The notes under the pieces were generated by a model. The model saw only the letters and a program-made list of their open reading frames with translations, was not told the DNA's origin and searched no databases. The position numbers and the translations under genes were made by a program. Shown in pieces: positions 19,211 through 29,318 of a DNA stretch of 64,000 nt (its first letter is position 1; each line of letters starts with the position of its first letter). The stretch spans positions 56,964-120,963 of the forward strand of contig CAZKIE010000004.1 of the NCBI GenBank assembly GCA_964552825.1. Direction: 5' to 3'. The DNA comes from an uncultured Staphylococcus sp. (GTDB taxonomy: Bacteria; Bacteroidota; Bacteroidia; Bacteroidales; Muribaculaceae).

Positions 19211-20050
19211 TTACCAGGTGAAGTTGATGGTCTGGGAGATCGGGTTGCCGTTCTCATAATATATGCTCACCATCTTGGTCGGGAGGTTGTTGGCATTGAA
19301 TGTCCAGTTGAAATAGTTGATCTCACCGTCCTCATCCATGTTGCGCATGGGGAGGTGCTTGGTGGCTTTGCCGAGAAGTCCGGCATAGTAGGCCACCTCC
19401 ATCTCGTCGAGATCCACATCGAGAGTCTGGTCGAAGAGCATGATGCCGCCCTTGTTGACTGTCGGATTGGGATATTCGTCGGTGGTGTAGGATATGGTGG
19501 TCACGTCGGCCGATGGGTCCTCGTCGCTCGTTATCGTCACTTTGACTGCATCGCCGTCGGTATAGGTGATGTCGGTCACTTCATTGTCGCCCTCCGAGCG
19601 TTTCATGTAGTTGAGCTGGCCATTGCTGTTGTAGCCGAACCACCATTCCTGGGTCTCGGTCTGGCCGTATTCCTTGCTCACCTGATAGCAGTAGCTCACG
19701 TAGCCCTTGCTGTTGATCGTGAGATACAGCATATCTGTCTGGTTCGACCGGCTGTTTGTACCCATGATGCTCATGTCATAGTCCTTGCCGTTGATGGTCA
19801 CGGGATCATAGCTGAATGTGTACTTGTCGTTGCCGTCCTGTATGGTCGTCACCTGTCCTTTGGCATTGGTGGTTATGGCCAGATCGCCCACTTTCGAGGG
19901 GACACCTTCTTCAAATACATTCTCGGGGCTTGACGGAGTGCCGCCATCGTCGTTGTTCTTGTCGTCGTCGCTGTCGCAGGAGATCAAAGTGCAGGCCATG
20001 GCTGCTGTCGCGAGGCATAGGCCGATGAATCTGAGCTTTTTCATTTGCAT
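19211..20050 (-). CDS. DUF4595-like lipoprotein with YD-like beta repeats
   Basis: Lipobox LISC-DSDDD, FGYNSNGQL, ITYTDGD, AGLLGKATKHLP. Confidence 0.72.
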   Translation of the reverse strand: MQMKKLRFIGLCLATAAMACTLISCDSDDDKNNDDGGTPSSPENVFEEGVPSKVGDLAITTNAKGQVTTIQDGNDKYTFSYDPVTINGKDYDMSIMGTNSRSNQTDMLYLTINSKGYVSYCYQVSKEYGQTETQEWWFGYNSNGQLNYMKRSEGDNEVTDITYTDGDAVKVTITSDEDPSADVTTISYTTDEYPNPTVNKGGIMLFDQTLDVDLDEMEVAYYAGLLGKATKHLPMRNMDEDGEINYFNWTFNANNLPTKMVSIYYENGNPISQTINFTW

Positions 20051-20328
20051 AATATTATTATGTAGGGTGGATATAATTTGTGTTGATGTTGATACGTGAG
20101 CCGGTAGAGGTATCTGTGATGATATGGGGTTAGGATCATACATAACATACGAACGTTAAAAGTTGCCTTTTTGTTCAAAAAAACGGAAATCATCGTGCGT
20201 CCGCCGGCCTGTCCGGTCATGACTTATTGTGAAAACTGCGCTAAATAATGTTAAACCATTTTAGCATTATTTTGCAGTACGTTATCATTTAGATAACTTT
20301 GTAGCATAAACCTTATATATTCCTGCCA

Positions 20329-21168
20329 ATGAAAACCCAAGAGCTGGCTTTGCAAGCCGAAATAAACCGAAAAAGGCTCATCGACATCGTCTATGCAGCC
20401 CATGCAGGTCATATCGGAGGAGATTTGTCATGCCTCAATGTGCTGACAGCCCTCTATTTCGACGTGATGAACGTCTCTCCCGAAAAAGTCAATGATCCCG
20501 ACCGTGACCGCTTCATACTCAGCAAGGGTCACTGTGTCGAGGCTCTATATGTCACCCTCGAATCAAAAGGATTCATGCAGCCGGGTGTGCTCGACACCCT
20601 CGGACAATACGGATCCATCCTCTCCGGACATCCCACCATCGAGGTGCCGGGCATCGAGGTGAACACAGGTGCTCTCGGCCACGGACTGTCGATAGGCGTG
20701 GGTATGGCTATCGCCGCGAAGATGGACGGCCGTCCATACCATACATACGTGGTGATGGGCGACGGCGAGCAGGGTGAAGGATCGATCTACGAGGCTGCCA
20801 TGGCTGCCAACCAGTATCATCTCGACAACCTTGTGGCGATCATCGACCGCAATCATCTCCAGATCAGCGGCAACACTGAGGATGTGATGGCCCTTGACGA
20901 TATCAAGGAGCGTTGGAGCGCATTCGGATGGGATGTGAAGAGAATGAATGGCGACGATATGGCCGACATCATCCGCACTTTCTCCGAAATCAATTACAAC
21001 AACTGCAAACCTCATCTGCTCATATCCGAGACCACAAAGGGAAAAGGAATCTCCTTTATGGAGAACAAGGCTTCGTGGCATCACGGAGTGCCTACTGAAG
21101 AGCAGCACGCCCAGGCCGTCGAAGAAATCACTGACAGAATCAAAAAAATGGAGGAGACCGTAAAATGA
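20329..21168 (+). CDS. Transketolase, N-terminal (TPP-binding) subunit
   Basis: GHIGGDLS, DRFILSKGH, TGALGHG, GDGE...N TPP motif. Confidence 0.93.
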   Translation: MKTQELALQAEINRKRLIDIVYAAHAGHIGGDLSCLNVLTALYFDVMNVSPEKVNDPDRDRFILSKGHCVEALYVTLESKGFMQPGVLDTLGQYGSILSGHPTIEVPGIEVNTGALGHGLSIGVGMAIAAKMDGRPYHTYVVMGDGEQGEGSIYEAAMAANQYHLDNLVAIIDRNHLQISGNTEDVMALDDIKERWSAFGWDVKRMNGDDMADIIRTFSEINYNNCKPHLLISETTKGKGISFMENKASWHHGVPTEEQHAQAVEEITDRIKKMEETVK

Positions 21169-22094
21169 AAGCTTGTCGTAAAAGTTTCACTGAGGAGCTG
21201 CTTGAGAAGGCTCGTCATGACAAAGATATAGTAGTGGTGACAACCGATGCCCGCGGCTCGGTGACGCTCACCGATTTCGCTGCCGAGCTTCCCGCTCAGT
21301 TTGTGGAGTGTGGTATCGCCGAGCAGAACGCTGTCGGCATCGCTTCCGGACTTGCCCATAGCGGCAAGAAGGTTTTCGCCTGCGGTCCGGCCTGCTTCTA
21401 TGTGGCCCGTTCGCTCGAGCAGGTCAAGGTCGATATGGCTTACAGTGAGAATCCTGTCAAGATTCTCGGTGTGAGCGGTGGTGTGGCTTACGGTGCGCTC
21501 GGAGCCACCCATCACAGCCTCCACGATATCGCGGTGCTCCGCACATTCCCGGGAATGAACATAGTGCTTCCATGTGATGCCCGCCAGACCAAAAAATTAG
21601 TGGATATTCTTGTCGACTATCCCCATCCGACTTATGTCCGCGTAGGCCGTGCCGGTGTCCCGGAGGTCTATGACAATGATGACTTCGATTTCGGCCCCGG
21701 AAAGGCCGTGAAGCTCCTCGACGGCACGGATCTCACCATCATCGCTGCCGGAGAGACCGTCTATCATGCGCTCCAGGCCGGCAGGAAGCTTGCCGAGGAG
21801 GGTATCAAGGCTCGTGTGCTCGATATGTCATGGATCAAGCCCTGCGACGAGCAGGCTATCCTCGACGCCGCCCGTGAGACCGGCCGCATCATAACGGTCG
21901 AGGAGCACAGCAAGTTTGGTGGACTTGGTGCGATGGTGGCTGAGGTGATCGCTGAAAATCCGGTGCCGGTCAGGATCCTCGGTATCCCGGATGAAAATGT
22001 GGTTCATGGGACAAACACAGAAATATTCCATCACTATGGATTAGATGCCGAAGGTATAGTGAAATCTGCAAAACAATTCGTATCTTCGCACTGA
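21165..22094 (+). CDS. Transketolase, C-terminal subunit
   Basis: ECGIAEQN, GATHHSLHD, TVEEHSKFGGLG. Confidence 0.93.
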   Translation: MKACRKSFTEELLEKARHDKDIVVVTTDARGSVTLTDFAAELPAQFVECGIAEQNAVGIASGLAHSGKKVFACGPACFYVARSLEQVKVDMAYSENPVKILGVSGGVAYGALGATHHSLHDIAVLRTFPGMNIVLPCDARQTKKLVDILVDYPHPTYVRVGRAGVPEVYDNDDFDFGPGKAVKLLDGTDLTIIAAGETVYHALQAGRKLAEEGIKARVLDMSWIKPCDEQAILDAARETGRIITVEEHSKFGGLGAMVAEVIAENPVPVRILGIPDENVVHGTNTEIFHHYGLDAEGIVKSAKQFVSSH

Positions 22095-22120
22095 CCAAAC
22101 AAAACATACCTTAATATATC

Positions 22121-23602
22121 ATGAAAAATCAAGTTATCGCCATAGACCAGAGCACCTCGGCCACCAAAGCCATGCTCTTCAGCTCGGAAGGCAAGATGCT
22201 CAAGCGTGTCAACGTGGCACACAAGCAGATCTATCCCCGCAAGGGATGGGTGGAGCATGATGCCATGGAGATATATGCCAACACTCTTTCTGCCATCCGT
22301 GAGCTCCTTTCCGACCAGCCCACTTCCGACACCAACTACTCACTCGCCATCACAAACCAGCGCGAGACCGTTGTGGTATGGGACAAGGAGACAGGTCTGC
22401 CTGTCTATAATGCCGTGGTTTGGCAGTGTGTGCGCGGTGAGGAGATCTGCCGCAATCTCAAGAATGCAGGCCATGAGGAGACCGTGCGTTCCAAGGCCGG
22501 TCTGCTCATTGATCCCTACTTCTCGGCAAGTGGCGTGAAGTGGATCCTTGACAATGTGGATGGTGCGCGGGAGAAGGCCGATGCCGGTACCCTCGCCATG
22601 GGCACAATCGAGACATGGCTCATCTGGAAGCTTACGGCCGGACGCAATTTCGTTACTGACTATACCAATGCATCGCGCACGATGCTCTTCAATATCCACA
22701 CCATGGACTGGGACGATGAGCTTCTCGCCCTATTCGGTGTCAACCGCTCGATGCTTGCCCGTCCGCTTCCTTGTGACAGCATATTCGGTGTCACCACTCT
22801 TGATGGTATCTTCGATACACCCATTGTCATCGCGGGTGCGGTAGGCGATTCCCACGGTGCGCTCATTGGCCAGACTTGTTTCGAGGCCGGTCTTGGAAAG
22901 GCCACTTATGGCACAGGATCGTCCGTCATGGTCAATATCGGTGAGGAGCCCACTCCTGCTCCGGAAGGTCTTGTCACATCGGTGGGTTTTGCGGCTCTCG
23001 GCAAAGTGTTCTATGCTTTTGAAGGTAATATCCACTGCACGGGTGCCACCCTCAAGTGGCTCCAGGATAAGCTCAATCTTATCGACTCCCCGGCAGAGAC
23101 AGAGGAACTCGCCACATCGCTGTCAGGCAACGATGGTGTGTATCTCGTTCCCGCTTTTGCAGGACTCGGAGCACCGTGGTGGAACCCCGGGGCCCGCGCC
23201 GCGATATTCGGTATGACCCTCGACACGGGTAAGGCTCACGTGGCCCGTGCCGGACTCGAATCCATAGCATATCAGATCACTGACTTGGTGAGCGCTATGA
23301 CCGAACGCGCCGGTATCTCCGTGAAAGGTCTGAGAGTCGATGGCGGCCCCACACGCAACAATTTCCTCATGCAGTTCCAGGCTGACTGCCTCAACGTGCC
23401 TGTCGATATCTCCGACATAGAGGAGGCTTCGGCCTACGGTGCCTTCATTATGAACCGCTACGCGCTTGGTCTCTGGAAGACTTTCGGCGAGGCTGCGGCC
23501 ACACGCAAGAGCCGCGCCGTGAAGCAGCCCGATGCAGCTGTCCAGCCGTCCATGGCCGTATGGCGCGAAGGGTGGCGCAAGGCTATCGACAAACTGATGT
23601 AA
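22121..23602 (+). CDS. FGGY family carbohydrate kinase (glycerol kinase-like)
   Basis: AIDQSTSATK, ITNQRET, DYTNASRT, KATYGTG, VPAFAGLGAPWW, RVDGG. Confidence 0.9.
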   Translation: MKNQVIAIDQSTSATKAMLFSSEGKMLKRVNVAHKQIYPRKGWVEHDAMEIYANTLSAIRELLSDQPTSDTNYSLAITNQRETVVVWDKETGLPVYNAVVWQCVRGEEICRNLKNAGHEETVRSKAGLLIDPYFSASGVKWILDNVDGAREKADAGTLAMGTIETWLIWKLTAGRNFVTDYTNASRTMLFNIHTMDWDDELLALFGVNRSMLARPLPCDSIFGVTTLDGIFDTPIVIAGAVGDSHGALIGQTCFEAGLGKATYGTGSSVMVNIGEEPTPAPEGLVTSVGFAALGKVFYAFEGNIHCTGATLKWLQDKLNLIDSPAETEELATSLSGNDGVYLVPAFAGLGAPWWNPGARAAIFGMTLDTGKAHVARAGLESIAYQITDLVSAMTERAGISVKGLRVDGGPTRNNFLMQFQADCLNVPVDISDIEEASAYGAFIMNRYALGLWKTFGEAAATRKSRAVKQPDAAVQPSMAVWREGWRKAIDKLM

Positions 23603-23652
23603 TTCAGACATAACTCAATCACTATAACTTACCTTAAAATATAATTAACCTC

Positions 23653-25080
23653 ATGAAGACTGACAAAAAACAGTGTTTTGGCGTGATCATCGGTACGCGC
23701 GCCTACTTCAACTCCGAACTCGCCCGCGACGTGCGTAAACAGCTCCTCAAGACACTTGAAGAGCAGGGCTATGACTATGTGATCCTTCCCGAGGATGCCA
23801 CTCCCACCGGTAGCAGCTCCATCGAGACCCGCGAGGACGGTCTGAAATGTGCCGAACTCTTCCGTCAGAACCGCGACCGTATCGACGGTATCATCGTTTC
23901 GCTCCCCAACTTCGGATGTGAGATCGGTATCATCAATGCCATTTCCGTGGCTGATCTCAATGTCCCCGTGCTTGTACAGGCTTGCGACGATGAGAACGAT
24001 AAGGTTGATCTTGACAGCCGCCGTGATGCTTTCTGCGGCAAGATTTCCGTATGCAACAACCTCTATCAGTACGGAATACCCTTCACTGACACAACCCTCC
24101 ACACATATTCTATCTACTCGCCCCTCCTCGCTGAGGATATCAACCGCTTCGCAGGCATCTGCCGCGTGGTCAACGGTCTCCGTCACTGCCGCATAGGACA
24201 GATCGGTACCCGCCCCCTCGGTTTCAACACCTGCCGCGCCAGCGAGAAGCTTCTCCAGCGTTCAGGTATCACTGTCGTTCCCGCCGACCTCAGCGAAATC
24301 ATCTTCGCTGCCGAGGCCATCAAAGAGGATGATCCCGAACTCGCAGCCTACATTGCCAAGACCACTTCGTATGCCGAGGTTCCCGAAGCTTACAATGAGA
24401 AGGTGTCGAAGCAGTGCCGTTTCGGTCTGGCCGTAGAGCGTTGGGTCGAGGCTAATCAGGTTGACGCTGTGGCGATCCAGTGCTGGGATTCCTTGGAGCA
24501 GAACTATGGCTGCGCTGCCTGCGTCACCATGAGTATGCTCAGCGAGAAGAACATTCCCGCCGCTTGCGAGACCGATATCGCCGGCGCAGTATCCATGCTC
24601 GCCCTTACCCTCGCTTCTAAGAAGCCCGCAGCTCTCGCTGACTGGAACAACAACTTCGCAGAGGACCGCAACAAGTGTGTCTGCACCCACTGCGGCAACT
24701 TCCCCCGCCACTTCATCGGCAACGACAATCTCCGTCTCGGCCCGCTCGGCGTGCTCGGCCGCACTCTCGGCAAGGTCAACACTTTCGGTGCTGTCTATGC
24801 CAAGGTGAGCGAAGGCCCGTTCACATACTTCCGTATCTCCACCGACGATCCCAAGGGCTGCATCAAGGCTTATCTCGGCGAGGGTAAGATGACAAGCGAT
24901 CACTACGGAATGGACGGCTGTATCGCCGTGACAGAAGTGCCCGAACTCCAGAAGCTCATGAAGTATGTATGCAAGAACGGCTTCGAGCATCATGTGGGTA
25001 TGTGTCGTGCCAATGTCGCCGACATAATCGAGGAGGCCATCGACAGCTATCTCGGCTGGAATCTCTATGTTCACAAGTAA
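23653..25080 (+). CDS. L-fucose/L-arabinose isomerase-like protein
   Basis: AIQCW, ACETD, HCGN, C-terminal GFEHHV motifs of the FucI/AraA fold. Confidence 0.82.
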   Translation: MKTDKKQCFGVIIGTRAYFNSELARDVRKQLLKTLEEQGYDYVILPEDATPTGSSSIETREDGLKCAELFRQNRDRIDGIIVSLPNFGCEIGIINAISVADLNVPVLVQACDDENDKVDLDSRRDAFCGKISVCNNLYQYGIPFTDTTLHTYSIYSPLLAEDINRFAGICRVVNGLRHCRIGQIGTRPLGFNTCRASEKLLQRSGITVVPADLSEIIFAAEAIKEDDPELAAYIAKTTSYAEVPEAYNEKVSKQCRFGLAVERWVEANQVDAVAIQCWDSLEQNYGCAACVTMSMLSEKNIPAACETDIAGAVSMLALTLASKKPAALADWNNNFAEDRNKCVCTHCGNFPRHFIGNDNLRLGPLGVLGRTLGKVNTFGAVYAKVSEGPFTYFRISTDDPKGCIKAYLGEGKMTSDHYGMDGCIAVTEVPELQKLMKYVCKNGFEHHVGMCRANVADIIEEAIDSYLGWNLYVHK

Positions 25081-25095
25081 TATCCGGCTTATCTG

Positions 25096-26115
25096 ATGGT
25101 ACTCGTCAATAATTACGCGCTCGCGCTTATCTGCTGCATATACTGCTGTCTCTGTTGGGGATCATGGTCCAACACCCTCAAGATGGTGCAGGACAAGAAG
25201 TGGAGTTTTGAACTCTACTACTGGGATCTCACCATCGGACTGTTCATAACTGCAGTGATCGGTGCGCTTACCTTCGGGACATTCGGTTGCGACGGCCCGT
25301 CGTTCTTCCAGAATCTCAGCGAATGTGATCTCAGCTCCCTCGGTTGGGCTGTACTCGGTGGTATCGTGTGGAACTTCGCCAATATATTCCTCACGGCTGC
25401 AATCGCTATTGCCGGTATGTCGATCGGCTTCCCTCTCGGAGGCGGACTCGGCTGGATAGGCGGTATCATATTCAACTATCTGCTCATTCTTCTCAGCGGA
25501 GAGGTGTATCCCGGCAATTCGTCGCTCCTTTGGATCGGCATTGTCATAGTGATAGCTGCGATCTTCATCTGCACCAAGGTTTACAGCATGACCTCCACCA
25601 GCAAGGGTGCTACCCCGGTCAAGGGTATTATCCTCGCGGTTGTGGCAGGTATCGGTCTGATTTTCTTCTATGGCCTCGTGGTCAAGTCGATCAGTCCCGA
25701 ATACATCACCGGTGGAACGGGAACACTTACGCCTTACACCGCTATCGTCAGCTTCGCTGTCGGTATCCTCGTGTCGACTCCTGTGTTCAACACCATCGCC
25801 ATGCGCAATCCGGTCGAGGGTACACGCATGACCATGAAGGACTATCGTGCCGGTTCCGCCCGCACTCACCTCATAGGCATCCTCGGCGGTGTGATATGGA
25901 TGAGCGGTATGGTGGTCAGCTTCATGGGTGCCGGTAGTGCCAATCCTGCGGTGGCCTACGCTCTGAGCAACGCCGCTCCTGTGGTGGCCATGCTCTGGGG
26001 ATTCTTCGTATGGAAGGAATTCAAGGGCGCCTCCTCGAAGGTCAACCAGCTCCTTGCTGCAATGTTCATACTCTTCGTTGTAGGTCTGGTGATCATCACC
26101 ATGTCCAACAACTGA
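25096..26115 (+). CDS. DMT-superfamily sugar transporter (GRP/RhaT-like)
   Basis: About ten TM segments, CWGSWSN, FELYYWD, WGFFVWKEFK. Confidence 0.8.
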   Translation: MVLVNNYALALICCIYCCLCWGSWSNTLKMVQDKKWSFELYYWDLTIGLFITAVIGALTFGTFGCDGPSFFQNLSECDLSSLGWAVLGGIVWNFANIFLTAAIAIAGMSIGFPLGGGLGWIGGIIFNYLLILLSGEVYPGNSSLLWIGIVIVIAAIFICTKVYSMTSTSKGATPVKGIILAVVAGIGLIFFYGLVVKSISPEYITGGTGTLTPYTAIVSFAVGILVSTPVFNTIAMRNPVEGTRMTMKDYRAGSARTHLIGILGGVIWMSGMVVSFMGAGSANPAVAYALSNAAPVVAMLWGFFVWKEFKGASSKVNQLLAAMFILFVVGLVIITMSNN

Positions 26116-26134
26116 TAGTACGGTTAATAAGATA

Positions 26135-26182
26135 ATCATCGGGTGTGCGGTATCCCAATTCCGCACACCCGATGATTTTTTT
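26135..26182. terminator. Terminator between convergent genes
   Basis: ATCATCGGGTGTGCGG...CCGCACACCCGATGAT plus T-run. Confidence 0.85.
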
Positions 26183-26204
26183 TGCTGTTGACTGAAAACG
26201 GTGA

Positions 26205-26708
26205 TTATCCGAATAGACGGGCGAATTCCTTCTCGAAGTTCGGTGTTAATATTCCCTTGCCGATAGCGCGGCGGATCTCGTCGAGATGCCAGAAGCGGCC
26301 TCCGTCGAGTTCGTCGGTAGGCTTGGGCATTGAGTCGATGACCGTTTTAAAGCTGTTGACATACTCCTTCTCCCGATCCGATTCAAAAATATATCTGTCC
26401 ATGAGTTCAGGAGTGAAACCCACAAGTCCCAGCTCCTCGCGAGCCTCGCGGCGCAAGGCCGTCTCCACATCCTCGCCATAGTCGATATGTCCACCTACGG
26501 CCGTATCCCATTTTCCGGGTTGTATATCCTTCCAGTCCGGACGTTTCTGCAGATACAGTCTGCCATCGCGGTCAAATACATGGAGATGCACCACAGGATG
26601 GAGTATCTTACTGCCCGAATGACACTCGCCACGTGTGGCTTTGCCTATCACATTGCCCTTTTCATCGACGATCGGAAAGATCTCCGCTGAATTATCCATT
26701 GCAGTCAT
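26205..26708 (-). CDS. NUDIX hydrolase (IDI-like)
   Basis: GGHIDYGEDVETALRREAREELG Nudix box, HPVVHLHVF. Confidence 0.9.
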   Translation of the reverse strand: MTAMDNSAEIFPIVDEKGNVIGKATRGECHSGSKILHPVVHLHVFDRDGRLYLQKRPDWKDIQPGKWDTAVGGHIDYGEDVETALRREAREELGLVGFTPELMDRYIFESDREKEYVNSFKTVIDSMPKPTDELDGGRFWHLDEIRRAIGKGILTPNFEKEFARLFG

Positions 26709-26770
26709 GATTGTTGATATAATAACGCAAAGGGCCGCATCCGACCCTTTGCAATTTTAGCAGACCAAGA

Positions 26771-26822
26771 ATAGCCTTTCTTGCCTATATAGCCTTTCTT
26801 GCCTATATAGCCTTTCTTGCCT
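26771..26822. repeat. 18-bp tandem repeat (about 3 units)
   Basis: ATAGCCTTTCTTGCCTAT twice plus a near-complete third copy, directly after the aquaporin stop. Confidence 0.9.
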
Positions 26823-26824
26823 TA

Positions 26825-27520
26825 TTATCCTTTATAACCTTTGATCATATTCCAGATACCCGACGATGCGAGAGCGCCAAGGAATGGAGCCACGATGAAG
26901 AGCCAGAGCTGGCTGATGGGAGTGCAGTCGCCTCCGATGGCAGCGAAGATGGCCGGGCCGAGGGAACGGGCGGGGTTGACCGATGTTCCGGTGACGGGAA
27001 TGCAGACAATGTGGACGAGGGTGAGGGTAAGACCGATGGCAAGACCGGCAAAGGCTCCTGCCCCCTTCTTTCCGTCAGTCGATCCGAGAACGACGAGCAC
27101 AAAGACACACGTGAACACTGCTTCGGCAATGAACGCCTGCCACATATTTCCGTCGGCATACGAGTTGGCTCCGGTAGTGGTTCCGCCGATATGATCACCG
27201 GTCGAAACGAGCACCCATAGTACGAATGAAGCGATGACGGCACCGATACACTGGAACACCATGTAGCCGCAGGCTTCCTTGCCGCTCATGCGTCCGTTGG
27301 CCCACACGCCGAGAGTGATGGCCGGATTGATATGGCAACCCGAGATACCACCGATGGCATAGGCCATACCTACCACTGAGAGACCGAAGGCAAACGCCAC
27401 GGCGAGAGTTGAAGCGTTGGCGGCTCCGTTGAGACCGTCAAATCCTGAGAAAATGGCACTTCCGCAGCCCATGAGGACAAGGACAAACGTCCCCACCATT
27501 TCTGCCAGATACTTTTTCAT
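26825..27520 (-). CDS. aqpZ: Aquaporin (MIP family)
   Basis: Two NPA motifs (GCHINPA, TSVNPARS). Confidence 0.9.
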   Translation of the reverse strand: MKKYLAEMVGTFVLVLMGCGSAIFSGFDGLNGAANASTLAVAFAFGLSVVGMAYAIGGISGCHINPAITLGVWANGRMSGKEACGYMVFQCIGAVIASFVLWVLVSTGDHIGGTTTGANSYADGNMWQAFIAEAVFTCVFVLVVLGSTDGKKGAGAFAGLAIGLTLTLVHIVCIPVTGTSVNPARSLGPAIFAAIGGDCTPISQLWLFIVAPFLGALASSGIWNMIKGYKG

Positions 27521-27679
27521 GTTGAGAATTTTATATGTTAGTAAATAGTTACGTGAGATTGTAAAGATAACTAAAAAATGTTAGTGCGTCAAATATTTGC
27601 CGGAAATTCCGTAAATTTGCATTTATTTATTAACGAAAAAGTATTTTTCAAAGTTCACGCCAGTCATTACAATTAACAA

Positions 27680-29317
27680 ATGAATATACGCGCGCTTTTC
27701 ATGGCCCTCGCGGCCACCATTATCCCGATATCTGCCTATCCCTGTACGAGCCTGATCGCAGGCAAGAATGTCACGACTGACGGATCGGTGTTCGTCACCT
27801 ATGCCGCCGACAGTCATACGCTTTATGGCGAGTTGTACAATACACCTGCCGCTGACCACGCTCCCGGCGCGATGAGACAGATCCACGACTGGGATTCCGG
27901 CCGCTATCTCGGCGAGATCCCGCAGCCTGCACATACATACGCAACCATCGGAAATATGAACGAGCACGGTGTCACCATAGCCGAAAGCACATGGGGCGGA
28001 CGTGCGGAACTCGAGGATACGACAGGAATCATGGACTATGGTTCGCTGATATACGTCACGCTCGAACGTGCCCGCAGTGCCCGCGAGGCCGTGAAGATAA
28101 TGACGGATCTTGTCCGTGAATACGGCTATCATTCGAGCGGGGAGTCCTTCTCCATCGCTGATCCTGACGAGGCTTGGATCATGGAGCTGATCGGCAAGGG
28201 CGGCAAGGAGAAGGGTGCCGTATGGGTGGCCCGCCGTGTCCCCGACGACTGTATTTCCGGCCATGCCAACTTCCCGCGTATCCATAAGTTCCCGCTAGAC
28301 GACAAGGAAAACACCCTCTATTCGCCGGATGTGATCGACTTTGCACGAAAGATGGGCTATTTCAAGGGCAAGGATGAGGATTTCAGCTTCTCTTCCGCCT
28401 ACGGCGAGCTTGACGGGACTGCCACCCGCGGATGCGATGGCCGCGTATGGAGCTATTTCAACCGTTTCAAGAGCGGCATGGACAAATATCTGCCCTGGAT
28501 CATGGAATCGCAGGGCGAAGTGATGCCTCTATGGGTGAAACCCGACAGAAAGATCTCCGCAAACGACATGAAATGGATGATGCGCGACCACTTCGAAGGC
28601 ACACCCATGGATATGACCAAGGACGTAGGAGCCGGACCATACTCCGTCCCCTACCGCTGGAGACCTATGACATTCAAGGTCGATGGAAAAGAGTATCTCA
28701 ACGAGCGCGCCATCGCCACACAGCAGACCGGATTCTCATTCGTCGCACAGATGAACGCCGCTCACCCCGATCCGATGAGAGGAATCCTTTGGTTTGGTGT
28801 GGACGATGCCAATACCTGTGTCTATATTCCTGTCTACAGTTGTGTCGACAAGGCTCCCCATGAGTTCGAGCATGGCAATGGCGATATGCTCACACTGTCG
28901 TGGGATGCCGCTTTCTGGGTGAACAACTATGTGGCCAACCAGGCCTACAACCGGTATTCACAGATGATCCCTGACATCCGCCGTGTACAGAACGCCGAGG
29001 AGGAAACCCTCGATAAGGAGGTGGCGGCTCTGATGGAAGGCGTCAGATCCATGCAGCCCGCCGATGCGGTGGAGGTGCTTCGCGGCCACACGGATATGGC
29101 CTCGCGTAGATATGTGAAACGTTACAAGGATCTCGGCGACTACCTGCTCGTCAAGTATCTCGACGGAAATGTCAAGAAGGAGAAGGACGGCAGGTTTGAG
29201 CGCACCCCCGAAGGCATGGCTGTGTATCCTGATTTCCCCGGATATGACGAGAGATATTACCGTGCGATCGTCGATGAGACCGGCGACCATCTGCGCGTGA
29301 CAGAGATCAAAAAGTGA
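27680..29317 (+). CDS. C69 family dipeptidase
   Basis: Signal peptide then N-terminal nucleophile CTS; NEHGVTIAEST, GESFSIAD. Confidence 0.9.
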   Translation: MNIRALFMALAATIIPISAYPCTSLIAGKNVTTDGSVFVTYAADSHTLYGELYNTPAADHAPGAMRQIHDWDSGRYLGEIPQPAHTYATIGNMNEHGVTIAESTWGGRAELEDTTGIMDYGSLIYVTLERARSAREAVKIMTDLVREYGYHSSGESFSIADPDEAWIMELIGKGGKEKGAVWVARRVPDDCISGHANFPRIHKFPLDDKENTLYSPDVIDFARKMGYFKGKDEDFSFSSAYGELDGTATRGCDGRVWSYFNRFKSGMDKYLPWIMESQGEVMPLWVKPDRKISANDMKWMMRDHFEGTPMDMTKDVGAGPYSVPYRWRPMTFKVDGKEYLNERAIATQQTGFSFVAQMNAAHPDPMRGILWFGVDDANTCVYIPVYSCVDKAPHEFEHGNGDMLTLSWDAAFWVNNYVANQAYNRYSQMIPDIRRVQNAEEETLDKEVAALMEGVRSMQPADAVEVLRGHTDMASRRYVKRYKDLGDYLLVKYLDGNVKKEKDGRFERTPEGMAVYPDFPGYDERYYRAIVDETGDHLRVTEIKK

Positions 29318-29318
29318 C

